A DNA stretch of 45,203 nucleotides from Octopus sinensis (lineage: Eukaryota): contig NW_021834825.1 of NCBI RefSeq assembly GCF_006345805.1, positions 1 through 45,203 on the forward strand, written 5' to 3'. Under the pieces are notes generated by a model, which saw nothing but the letters and a program-made list of their open reading frames with translations, ran no database searches and was not told the origin of the DNA. A program made the translations under genes and the position numbers. Positions 11,640 to 23,979 of the stretch are shown in pieces (the stretch's first letter is position 1; the number at the start of each line of letters is the position of its first letter).

Positions 11640-13290
11640 ATTAAAGCCTGGCTTTTGACATTCTTGTTACTTCCAACGCATTTCAGAATTATTTCTGAAT
11701 TCCTTCTCTGGTACTTGCAATAGTGTTAAACCTTTACAGTTAGCACACCCATTTTCTTGTATGCAGACAATTGCACTTGGACAGAATATTCTAAAATAAC
11801 TCCTATGAAAATAACTTGTATGAACCTCATAAGCCAACCTTAGTTCCCTTAGCAAACACCTGATTACAGAGGGTGCATCTCTGTCAAATGCCTTAAATAG
11901 GTTGACAAATGCCAGGCACAGAGTTCATCTTTGGCTTCTTACTAGAAAGACAGTGTCAGTAGTAGTTCTTCCTGGCACAAAGCCAAACTTCTTAATCTAC
12001 TGCGCTTAACTTTTTCTCTAACTTTCATAATCTGGTCCAAAATTTTGATACTTCTGCAACTACCTCTCTCTCGTGCATCTTTTTTGCCCTTATGACAGTT
12101 GCTGCTGATGTTGCTACACCAGTGATTGAATGATACGCTACTGTACTACCCAGCTGACTACACAAGTAACTAGCATGTGCATTATTTTGTCAATTATTTT
12201 AATAATCTCAGTGACTTTTCCTAAAGAACTGGTTGCTAGTATATCCTCAATTGCACTTAATTTCTTTCAATTTGAATAGCTAGTTCTTCTGTTAGGTCTA
12301 CTTTGGAAAGACATTCTCCCCATTTGACAATCTCTTGAAATAGCATTTCCATACCTCTTTCTTTTTGATACCAGTGTGCCATTTCATTTACTCTTCTCAA
12401 TGACATGTTGATTCTCTCTGATATACTGCCTTGCAATCTGGAACACCTTATGCTGCAGAACATTCACAAACCTCTCGTTTTTTGATCTTTCCCTTGCAAA
12501 GAACACCTAACATCTCACAGCTGTCCTCTACATTATAAGAGTTCATATATTCACCCCCTTATTATATGCATTAATTAATACTTCTCTGAATCTACAACCA
12601 TTTGATGGCATTTTAAGCTCTCATGTCATCCTTCTCAAACTGAGTGTGTCTTTGAACCCATCTGCTTCATACTTTGAAATCACTAATTATAATCTATGTT
12701 AAATGGCACATTCTTCACTAAAGAAAGAAGAAAATGAGGTCTATATGGCTTGTGTGATCTGATTGGTAGGTGATCAGATGGCTGGCTAGTTTTCCAAAGT
12801 TAGTTTTGCAAACGGTTAAGCCATAAACATCAGAGAACTCCAGGAGCTCTAATCTCCTCATTTCTTCAATCACAGCCCTCATGCACACCATACAATTCAA
12901 CCTGATATTGACCAACATGTTCCTTCAAGTTATCAGCCATGATAAATCTGTTGTCATTTGTTATGGAGATAGTATGCAGAAGGGCTTCACAACAGTGATC
13001 CTTTTATTCAACTGTTGGTCCAAATTGCAGTACACATGCAGAGATACCCTTGTCATGTCTAGGACTTGTCTAAGATTTATTATTTCTACTACACTCTGAT
13101 GACCTCAATTACTTTAGTCAGTTCTCTGCCAATAGCATGCCTACTCTATACTGTCACCCATCTAGAACAATTTGTACCTTTGCTCCTTGCTCATCAGAGT
13201 TTGGCTAAGCAACTCTTCATCTTACTCCTTGCACACAGTATACATTTATTTGCCACTGCTCTTGCATATCTACAATCTCCCTGAACTTCA
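11640..13290 (-). mobile_element. Old RTE-clade LINE remnant (APE and RT pieces)
   Basis: LLEFSDVYGLTVCKTNFGKLASHLITYQSDHTSHIDLI resembles the APE segment of the 39-43 kb RTE; FGFVPGRTTTD and FVNLFKAFDR near 11880-12000. Heavily decayed. Confidence 0.7.
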
Positions 13291-13534
13291 CTTTAGTAAT
13301 TTTGAAAAATAGTCATTGTAATTTAAATTATTAAACCCTTTCACAAGCCACAGAGCTTTTGTAGAATTAAGTGAATAAGACACAGATCTGTTACTGATAG
13401 GACATTAGTCTACTACAAGTAGTTCCTTGTCCAAATACATCATCTTCATAAAATTTATTACTGATAATCTATATCCAAAAATATTTAACAATATTTTAAT
13501 TGAAAATAAAAATAGATAAAAGTATAATACATAC

Positions 13535-13683
13535 TTGAATATAGGATATTGCGTTTTTCCCATCTTCCCCTTCTTCTGAAACAAGTGCTTTGCCTTGTTC
13601 TCTCAAATAGGCACTGCTACAATCACACATTGTTTTCAAACCCTCTGGAACTCTTATAAATAGTTTATACATACAGGCCAAAT
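13535..13683 (-). CDS. CUL3: Cullin-3 coding exon (149 nt)
   Basis: tcgtag|AT TTG...CAA|gtatgt; (D)[49 protein letters not shown]. Completes the phase-1 codon of the previous exon. Confidence 0.97.
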
Positions 13684-14884
13684 CTACGAAACAAAAATTA
13701 ACATTTTATATAATACTTAAAATATAATGGAAAGGTAACAGTATAAGATAACAGACTTTATTGTTGATTAGTAAGCTAACAGCTGGAAGTGAAAAGACAG
13801 AACAATTCTATAAGTGTTGAAAAGGTAAGAAAATGTCTTATAAAAATTTAATTATGATATATAAAACAGTTAAATGGAAATGGTTTGGAAAAAGAAGGGA
13901 ACTGGTTAGATCATGTTATGGATATAAAGTATATGGCATCTAGTCAGAGCTGTTTTTTTCAGTTGTTTCTTAAATTGACTACAATAAAAGTTGTATTTAG
14001 AATAAAATTATAATTGAAGTTACCCTTTTAATATAATTATAAGGAATTATAAAGAATATGCCAATATTCAATCTAACTGTAAAAATGTCTGGCAACTTAC
14101 ATTTTTAGCTGAACAGAGAGTGATGTGTATGTTATACCAAATTAAAATAAAGGTATAAACAAACAACTTTGTTTAAATTTGGACAGTTTTAAAAACAGAA
14201 CTTTAGAAATAAAATTAAGAAAGTATCTCATTTTGAATTGCTTTTACATTTGTAATTTTCCTGTGTTATTTTTGTTGTGGATACAAGATGTTTTAATTTT
14301 ATAAACAAAATGTAAATAAAGTCAATCAAGTTATGCACACTGTTACTGCTCTTTTCTTTAAGATTCCAAGTAGTAGTAACTATCAGGGCCCCAACTATGA
14401 GTTAATTAGCATGTTATGGAAGAAATTCCAAGCACAAACCCTCACCGCTTTGTGTGTGCCTCAACAATAAATCAAGGGGTGGAGTCTTTCAAGCAGTTTA
14501 GAGCTTTCTTTGACACCCTTCTGGCAACTCCAAAGTGGCTCTCTCCAGTCCTGTAAAGGGATTCACCTAGGAAGGCTACTCAAATGTAAAATGTACAACT
14601 TACTGGTCACTGCATCTGTCTTAGCCCACTGAACTACTGTGGTCTGACCTTCAAGTCTAAAGAGTGGGATTGGATTGCATAGACTCACACTTAATTGCCA
14701 ATACATCAATGACAAAGACCTTGCAAACAACACCTTCATAAATAACCAATCAAATCTATCTTCCACCTTAAAGGAAAAGTTATGTTAGATCATGTAGTCC
14801 TCTATATGCCCCTTAAAGGACAGAAAGATCATGGCTGGAATGGTTTTGATCATAGAGCTGTTCAATCAGGATAAACTACTTGCA

Positions 14885-16035
14885 TCAACTTACTATAAAA
14901 GCAGGTAGTAATTTTAGCTTGTCCTTATTCTTAGGGCAAGTTTGGAAGAGTGCAATTTGATTTTAACAGCTATTTTTTCAAAGCTATAATACAAGTGACA
15001 AAGGAGCATATTCGGCATATTTTGCTTTACGAATTCAATAAAGACAACAACGCAACAGAAAGTGCAAAGAATATTAATGCAGTATATGGAGATTGAACAA
15101 TAACTGTAAGCCAATATCAACAGTGGTTCCAGAAATTCCGGGCTGGAAACTACAGCCTAGAAAACGAGCCTCATCTTGGAAGATCTGTAGGGCTCAATGA
15201 GGATGTTCTGCAAACCCTGGTGGAACAAATTCCCCATCATAACTGTTGAGAAACTAGCAGAGAAGCTTGGAGTTGGTCATTCAGCCATTCATCAACACCT
15301 GCGTGCCATCGGAAAAGTAAGAAAATTGAGTCAATGGGTGCTCTTCTTTGCTGTCATGTCTCACAAATTAACCTTTTTTGGACTGATGAGAAATGGGTTC
15401 TCTATAAAAATGTCAAGCACCGAAGACAGTGAGTAGGGAAAGGAGAGACACTGGCACACCAGGCTAAAGAAGGTCTTCACCCAAGTAAGGTATTGTTATC
15501 TGTTTGGTGGGATATGAAAAGTTTAGTCCACTTTGAACTTTTAAACCCAAATGAAACAATAACAAAGGAGATATACTGCAAGCAACCTGAGTAGCTTAAG
15601 TCAGCACTAGAAGAAAAACTACCATCTTCGGTTTCAAGAGTAAAGATGTTCTTCTATCAGGATAATGCTCAGCCACATACAGCAAGGATGACATTCCAAA
15701 GGTTGGAGAAGTCTGAATGGGAACCGATGCCCCACCCACCATATTTGCCAGACATTGCCCCATCTGATTATCATTTATTCTGCAGTCTTCAAAATCATTT
15801 GGATAGAAAAAATATGAATTCTGTAGAGGAGGTCAGAACAGTACTAGAGAATTATTTTTCGTCACAGACAAGAGAATTTTGAAAGAGGGGCCTTGCAAGT
15901 CTACCAGATAGATGGAAGAGCATTGTAGAAAATGAAGGAGAGTATATTTTAGATTAGAAAAGAACTTTGTTTACTTTAATTTTGAAAAATAAAAGAAGTA
16001 TTAAAAAAGTGCATTATTTATGGGATGACCTAATA
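14885..16035 (+). mobile_element. Decayed mariner transposon (second family); left TIR not found
   Basis: Transposase remnant at about 14989-15957 with DEKW, QDNAQPH and PDIAPSDYHLF, exact D34D spacing, several stops and frameshifts. Right TIR (reverse complement TTAGGTCATCCCATAAATAATGC) ends at 16033, followed by TA. Confidence 0.9.
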
Positions 16036-16292
16036 CTATATGTGAACATATAGGTGCACAAAAAGGTAGAGAAAATAGTATCTGATCAGCAAAGTTAAGA
16101 TAAAATATAGTGTTTTGTAAAGCTGAAAATCTGTTACTCCAAGCTCCATGTAACTGATCATCAGACAGAAGTGACCTTTGGAATAATACAATAATTGTAA
16201 CTGAATCAAATTCATCACCTCATGATTGTAAGCCCAATGCTCAAAACACTGAGCCATGTGCCTTCACTATATATATATATATATATATAAAC

Positions 16293-16600
16293 ACAAGCAA
16301 GGCTCTGTGGTACAAGGCTTGGTTCTTAACTACATGGTTCCAATTCAGTCACATTGGGCAAGTGTCTTCTACTATAGCCTCAGACTAACTAAAGCCTTGT
16401 GAGAAGATTTGATGGACAGAAAGTGAAAGAAGCCTGGCATGTATGTGTGTGTGCATGTCTGTGTTTGTCCCTTGCCACTGCTTGACAACAAGGTGGCTTG
16501 GCAAAAGAGACCGACAGAGTAAGAGCCAGGCTTTAAAAGACAATAGCACTATGGTTAATTCATTCAGCTAAAAATTCTTCAAGGTGGTGTCCCAGCTTCC
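16293..16600 (+). mobile_element. tRNA-headed SINE copy, preceded by an opposite-strand SINE head at about 16180-16265
   Basis: Same body as 6013-6335 (TTGGGCAAGTGTCTTCTACTATAGCC...GGAAACTGAAAGAAG...GAGACCGACAGAGTAAG). Confidence 0.7.
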
Positions 16601-16972
16601 TTAAACCAATGAAGAGTATTTAGTTTTATTCAATTTTGACAGGTTTTAATGCTTATATTAGTTTTTGTAAACAGTTACTTGCAATTTTCCAACAGATTCT
16701 ATTAATTTTGAAATGTTGCAACACTCTGCCCAATCACAATCAGCTTTAAATATTTATTTGACAATTTGTCAACTTAGGTTCCCTGCATCATAAAAACCAC
16801 CCATTGTACTGTACTAAAAGTTCACTTCTGTGTGACGAATGATTATACAAAACTGAGAATAGTTTGACGTTTTCAACTTCATTAAAGTACTAAATACACG
16901 TTTAATACTACATATTTGTATAGACAAATAATAATTAGCACATTCATCTTAAATTAGACGTGTTGTTTAGAT

Positions 16973-17220
16973 CAGTGCTACTCAAAGTTGTGGTCTGCAG
17001 CAAGTTTCCAGAAAAGAAAGAAACATTATAAAATGCTATGTAGCATTGTATTATTTGTTCAGAAATAAATATAAGATAAAAAAAATTGTCAACTTTTATT
17101 ATATTCATTATATATATTGTTTCCAGTATAAATTAATATTACTAAGAAATATTACTGGTCCCTGGCACATTGGAAAAAATAACTGCTGGTACACCACATC
17201 ACATAGTTTGAGAAGCACTG
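16973..17220. mobile_element. hAT (Charlie-like) MITE, 248 bp
   Basis: 16-bp TIRs CAGTGCTACTCAAAGT / AGTTTGAGAAGCACTG (14/16 match) and an 8-bp TSD GTTTAGAT / GTTTAAAT (7/8). Confidence 0.8.
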
Positions 17221-18912
17221 GTTTAAATCACCTTAAACTGCTGGTAATGTCCAAAGATGCTGTCTCATGTTGACCATCATCTGGTCACACTGCTTGCACA
17301 GATTTCTATGACTCTCTTTCACCATTCAATTCTATTGTTTATCATATTTGGCAAGTCAGAGGGATTGCGGTTTATGTCATCATAAATCTGCTTGATATCA
17401 GTTTTGGCTAAGGCGCTTCAGCCCCGTTTTTCCCCAGAGTCCACTTCTGAAACCCTTTCCCAGGGTGGGTACTGCCACAAGATAGCAGAAGTTTAAAGCC
17501 AAAATTTGTCCTCTCTTAGACAAACTGCCTTCCCAGGCTGCAGAATTCCATCTACCCAAGAACTGGTTTTAAGGCACCACATTGAGCCTTTACCTCTTCT
17601 TCTGTTAGTACAAACAGTTCCTCCAAATTGAAAGGCTAAGTGATATGAGAAAGCCAAGAGTTGGACTTGATTGTCAGAGATTGTTTGAAATACCATGAAA
17701 AGCATATCTAAGCAGCAGGAGCTTATCCTTACAAATGCTCCTTAAATTGTGTATCCACATGCTACCTATCTCTATATACATAAATGTACACACACACACA
17801 CACTAATATGTTGCCAACCTTAAGAGTTCCCTTTAGGAAGAGCATCAAACAAATTGGCACTATGCCTTCAATGTATCTCTTGAAATGATATTCAGAGACA
17901 CTAACTGGAAAAGTTATATACAAAATGGGAAGCACAAATCCCACTGATTTGTAGATGATATCATGCTCTTCACAGAAATCTCATGCTGAGATATGAATGT
18001 CAAGTAAGAGTGGGAGGGTGTTTGTCTCAAAGATATGCTTACTTTTGTTACTGTATTTATTTTGAGATGCTCTGGTTTCTTTCAATTATTTTATATAACA
18101 AAGTATTTAGTAAAATAACTTAGTTATCATTAAGCTAGTGTTAGGAACATAATTGTGACTACGGTTAGGTGGAATATTTTAATTCAAAATTTATGAAAAC
18201 AAGACATTTGTACTACAGGGCCATAGCTGGTTTTGGCCGGGTTAGTAATGAAAGGGTTAAAACAGAACTGGACAAGATCTTGCATGTCAACCTCTTCAAT
18301 GGTACTGTAATGCCTGCACTCATATGCATGACATGGGATACTACAAAGGAGGAAAACACTAACTGGTTAATACACAAGACTATCATGGAAAGATCCATAC
18401 AAAGAATGTCATACAAATGAAGTAATTTGAGAAGAGAATGGAGGGAATCATGTGATCATGAAATCTCAAAAGAACAAATTCTGTTGGGTTCACAAAAAAT
18501 AAGTGGGCTTGTGCAGTTGTCACATAGTATGCAAGAAATCAAAAGAGACCACCAAAATGATGGGAAGGTGACAGTCAAACAATCTGCACCTAAATGGAAG
18601 AACATTGTGACCAGCAATGTATAGGGACATCTGATAGTCTGATGGAAAATATATTTGTAACACACACACACATATACTTACATACTACATCTTTATATTA
18701 TAGACATATCTATGAGAATGAATGAGATAGAAGAAGAGTGACTGATACAGAGAAAGAGAAAAACACAAGGAGAGGAGGTGAAATTTTTGAGAGGGCAACA
18801 ACTTTGATAAACAAATGACAATATTATTTTTGACAATTATGCAATATTATTTGGTTAATATAAACAAATTCATTAAATTTGGGCATTTATTTTAACTGCA
18901 TGTGTATGTATC

Positions 18913-19680
18913 CATCATCATCATTTAATGTCTACTTTCCATGCTGGCATGGGTCAAACAGTTTGACTGGAACCGGTAAGCTAGAGGGCTGCACCTGGTT
19001 CCAGACTGTTTTGTCATCACCTACATTAGGACCAACATTCAAAGATCATGCTTCACCACCTTGTCCCATGTCTTCCTGGGTCTACTTCTTCCACAGGTTC
19101 CCTCCACTGTTAGAGATCAGCACTTCTTCACACAGCTGTCCTTGTCACATGACCATAACAGTGCAGTTGTCTCTCTTGCACACTACATCTGATGCCTCTT
19201 ATGCCTAGTTTTTTCCTCAAGACATTTACACTTTGTTGCACATGTACAGTGATATTGCACATCCAGTGAAGCATACTGGTTTCATTTCTTTCAAGCCATT
19301 CCCATGTCCTCGGTCACAGCCCATGTTTCACTGCCATGTTTTACATGGCCTGTTTGCACATAGGCATCATAGTCTGCCTTTCATTTTGAGGGAAGGCCCT
19401 TTGTTAGCAGCTATGCTCTCAGAGCATCCCTCCACAGCTGACTTGGTCACCTAGATAAAGGAAGCTATCAACTACCTCTAGCATTTCATGGGGTCTATTT
19501 TCTGTACATTTCTAGTGTTTATTGTACCTGTACATCTGCCACACACAAAGACTATCTTCCCTCTTTACCTTCCTCTGATATTGCTACATCTCTTATGTGT
19601 CCATAGCTTGCACTGGGTACATCTTATGGAGTTTCTCCCAGTACTTTTCTACAGATCAAGCAGGACCATCTATCTGAAGG
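18913..19680 (-). mobile_element. RTE LINE 3' fragment (RT C-terminus, 3'UTR, (GAT)n tail)
   Basis: (CAT)n at 18913; homologous by eye to 39304-40460. Confidence 0.8.
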
Positions 19681-19870
19681 GATTTGTGATTTGTTTGAAA
19701 ATGTACGACTTTATGAATGTTGTCCTTTTTTCAAAGTGTTCTATGTACATGTTATGTGTATGCATGTATGCAGGTGGAAACTGTTATCCGTGGTATGGCT
19801 ACTGTTGCATGCAGACAGCTTTGAGGAGTCACAGGTGAGATCTGGGAGTCAGAAGAGGATCAAAGTGGAC

Positions 19871-20577
19871 AAATTATATTTTTGTAACTAAACACTTTCA
19901 AACTTCGGACATTGTAGAATGTGTCATATAAAACATCTTTTAGTGTTGTTGAGAAAAGTTATTTCAAAGTTATTTTGTGTTAAAGTAATCGTATTTCGGT
20001 AATTTCAACCAATCAATGATGTGTATTCAGCTGAATAAAATTACTGCCGTTGTTTGTCAACAACAACTATCAGCGGTGTATATTTATGATATCACTGTTA
20101 TTTATGACATCGTTCATGCATTTGTACTGGTTTTGGTGTTAGGGTTACGGAAAAAAGTGAAAAATTAAGAAATTGGAGGGGCGGGGTCTTTCTGAAAATA
20201 GTAGATGAAAAACAGGAAAAAAATAAATAAATAAAAGCAGTAGAAATGCACGAACAATTGTGGTGGTGCCATGAAGTAAACGTGCTTTAGATACACTCGT
20301 TTATTCATACAAATGTAACTGAGATCAAATATGTCATAAATAACAGTGACAAATGAAATATACACCGCCAGAAGTAGTTGTTGACAAACAACGGCAGTAA
20401 TTTTATTCAGCTGAATACACGTCATTGATTGGTTGAAATTACCGAAATACAACTACTTTAACACGAAAATAACTTTGAAAATATAAACTTTTCTCAACAA
20501 TACTAAGAGTAAAAGATGTTTTATATGACACATTCTACCAGTGTCCGAAGTTTGAAAGTAACAAAAAATCAATTTCT
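19871..20577. mobile_element. Long-TIR foldback-type non-autonomous element
   Basis: Arms at about 19894-20110 and 20331-20559 are reverse complements with few indels; non-palindromic spacer of about 220 bp. Confidence 0.8.
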
Positions 20578-20599
20578 CCATCTGCTGTTCAAAGGGTAA

Positions 20600-21560
20600 A
20601 GATCCGAGGACTCAGTTTATGACTTTCTGTTCACAGGAAACTGTGCACAATACTGCCACAGAGGTCCAGATGCACCAGAACATGAACTTTTCTACTGCTT
20701 GCAACAACTTTAGTTGCACAATCTGTACTCAGAAGACAGAGGTCATGTACCAACCTGCCCTGGAGAAGCTGTATATGGGTCCAGATATCACTGTTAAAAC
20801 GGAAACCCTGAAGGTTGTTGATAAGTTCAAGTACCTCAGCAGCACACTTTCCAAGTCTGTGAACATTGATGAAGTTGACACATGCATTGCCAAGGGAAGC
20901 ATTTGGGTGGCTATGTGAGTCAGTCAGGGAGAGGAGAGGCATTAGGCTGGCCACCAAGTTGAAGGTGTATCAAGCGGTTGTATGGTCTATGCTATTGAAT
21001 GCTTGCAAGACTTTCACAGTTTAAGAATGCCATGCCAAAAAGCTAAACTGCTTCCACATAAATTGCCAAAGAAAGCTGTTAAAAACAACCAGGCAAGAAA
21101 AGGTTCCAGAGGAGGATGTCTTCTTTCAAGCTCATCTGCCAAGCATTTACACCACTGCTGAAGAAAATTCAAATCAGGTGGGCAGACCACCTTGTTTGAA
21201 TGCCAGACACATGACTACCCAAGAGGCAGCTTTATAGTGAATTGGCAGAAGGCAAACACACACAAGTGGACAGAAAAAGCGCTTCAAGGTTACACCCAAA
21301 GCCTCACTGAAGAGCTTTGAGATCAACCATGACACTTGGAAAACACAAGCACAAGACCACCCTGCCTAGTAAATCTGCACCAGCAGAAGTATCACCTCCT
21401 ACAAACAGAACAGGATTGCAGGGGTACAAATATAGCATGAAATGCGCAAGTCTAGAGCCAACTCCTCACCTTCAGTCCCAGACTTGTGGCAGAGACTTCC
21501 AAGCATGCATAAAACTGATCAGTCACAGCTGGACACACTGTGACCTGCTGTCTTCTCTTA
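20600..21560 (+). mobile_element. RTE-BovB-like LINE 3' remnant
   Basis: KTEVMYQPA, KVVDKFKYLSSTLSKSVNIDEVDTCIAK and RGIRLATKLKVYQAVV motifs, all degraded. Confidence 0.8.
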
Positions 21561-22438
21561 TGTAATGTCCTTGGTCATGACAGATGAACTAATAATGATG
21601 TATGCATGTGAAAGTGTGTCAACATTATGAATGACTTGTATTTGTCTCTAAAAGCTGCATATATGTCTTTTGTATATGTTCTCTAGTACAATAACAAACA
21701 AAATTCTTCAGTTTAGAAGCTTCCAGGGGTCAGATTTGCTTGAAATCTTTTCAGACACGAAAGTTTATATCCAAGAGTACACAGGAAAAAAACATATATC
21801 TACAATGTCTAAATTAAGAAACACACATACAGCATTTGAATTTTAGTGTTGTATAGATTGTTTCTACCAATCTTGTAGCACACCATGCACAAAATAGCAA
21901 GTTTTATAATGCATAAACTTGAAAGATAACTCTAAATTTTCATATCATTAAGATAAAATTATAAACAAAAGTGATAGATGCTTGATACCTTATCCTTTTT
22001 AACATTGCTTAAAAATTTTAATATTGAAGCAAAAATATTGTTTGGAAAAAAATATATAACTTTAAAATTTAGGTTGTAACAATTTAAGAATAAAAAATGT
22101 GTAGCAATTATATTTCTGATTTATGAAATAAACCATCTTATATAAAAAATTCAAATACTAAGCACAAGAATATTTTGAAATTCTTTACATTTTGTCATAA
22201 ATAGCTATCTGCATCAAATACTGATCATATCTGTTTATGGCAGCTAGTAATGAATGCCAGTATATGACAAAATGCAAAAAGAAAAAAAAAGTGGCTAGTA
22301 TTGAACTTAGATAAGCAGTTGACAACTGTTCCAAGAAGATATGCAAGTTATTTATGCACTTGTGGTATTATGGAAATAAATTAGAAGCCAACTGCTTTTA
22401 AATGAAGGACAAAACCATCATAAAGTAAATTGACTTAC

Positions 22439-22487
22439 CATCAGTTTTATTATTTTTTAACATGTGCACAACACCAGAATTTTCCAT
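22439..22487 (-). CDS. CUL3: Cullin-3 coding mini-exon (49 nt)
   Basis: tttaag|ATG...GAT G|gtaagt; MENSGVVHMLKNNKTD plus 1 nt (human MENSGLVHMLKNGKTE). Phase 0-1. Confidence 0.93.
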
Positions 22488-23218
22488 CTTAAAAATATAA
22501 ATCAATTTAAAAATCAATAAATCTTGGAAATAGAAATCTTGTAAAATATTAAGTATTTAAATATTTTTCATACTTTATTTTACTTAGGTATCTTTGAAAA
22601 TTTCTTACCTGTTATAACAAGCAGTTTTCTCTTATAAATAATTCCTAGCAATTTTGATAATATTAATGTAGATCATTAAATTTCAAATTATAGCTTAGAC
22701 ATAATTACAATATCAGAAAATGTTTGGTCTCTGCTTTCATAAATAAATAGTATATAATGAATTAGGCTTTTGTGCATAGAAAATCTGCATGGCTTTAGTC
22801 ATTCTTTATGAGCTCAAACTAAAAGTTATATTTTTTGTATTTACATGTTGAGCACACATTTCAATTTACCTTAATTAAAACTTCTAATACTGCTTGTGCT
22901 ATTTTTATGCTATTAAATTTGTTTTTTCCATATTAAAATGTATTTTTTCTGTTTCACATCCTAATCCATTCTAGCAACCAAAAAATATGATTTATCAATT
23001 TTGATATAAGGTAATTGCCAGTTTTTGTCATCATTATTTAAAATCACACTTCTGTTGCTAGCATAAATTGGCCAACTGTGCTCTACTACAGGTTTTCATG
23101 ACTTACTGTAATTAAAGCCAAATAACATTTAGAAAAATTTGACACATATTAGGAAATATTAAAAATGCATGTAAAACAATGTAGTTTGTAAAATTGTATG
23201 GAATAATAATCAACTTAC

Positions 23219-23266
23219 CTCTACAATTGTCTTCATGTGTTTTCTTATAAGTTCTTCTTCAAGTAC
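23219..23266 (-). CDS. CUL3: Cullin-3 coding mini-exon (48 nt)
   Basis: aattag|GTA...GAG|gtaagt; VLEEELIRKHMKTIVE (human VVERELISKHMKTIVE). Joins both neighbours in frame. Confidence 0.93.
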
Positions 23267-23389
23267 CTAATTTCAAAAGTAAAATTAATGACAATATGAA
23301 ATAATATTGTAAGTAACTTGAATAAAATCCATTACCACTTCAATATGTACAATAGCAATTTTAAAATAACCAGCAACAAGTTAAGTTAT

Positions 23390-23850
23390 AACAATCCATC
23401 TAAGTCAGTGAAATGTGCATGGAAGAAATTCCAGGAATTAAGAAGCATACAAATGAAAGGAAGTGGTGCAGAAATGGAAAGATATATGTTGCATGTGTAA
23501 GTAGGGTTAGAATTTATGGAAGTGAAACATGGGTAATGAATATGGAACAGCAGAGAAGGCTGGAAAGAATGGTTCAGTGGAGTATCAGAGAGAGGGAATA
23601 ACTACAATAAATTGTAGTTGCACAGGATGTTGGCAACAGAGCAAGTGATAGAGAGGTTAAGAGAAATGTGACATGTTTTGAAGATGTGTTTGGGTCATAT
23701 GCTGAAGGATGATAGAAATTTATGTGAAAGTAGAAAGGAAAATTGAGAGAGACAGGCTAAAGGTAATAAGAAATGAAGACAAAGGAGTTGAGGAATGTAA
23801 TGGGTGAGGGAAAAATGGAGAAGAATGCCATGAGGCCACAAAGCTAACAA
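23390..23850 (+). mobile_element. Decayed RTE RT C-terminal fragment
   Basis: AWKKFQEL, IYVACVSRVRIYGSETWVMN and WFGHMLK-like remnants. Confidence 0.6.
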
Positions 23851-23979
23851 CTGGTATAACAGCAAAAACACTTGTTTATAACAAACTTTTGATTTTATAT
23901 TGATTATTTCAAAACAGATTAAAACTCTGTAACACAAAAAAAAAAAAATTTACGTTACTTTCAACATATAAAAAGCTTA

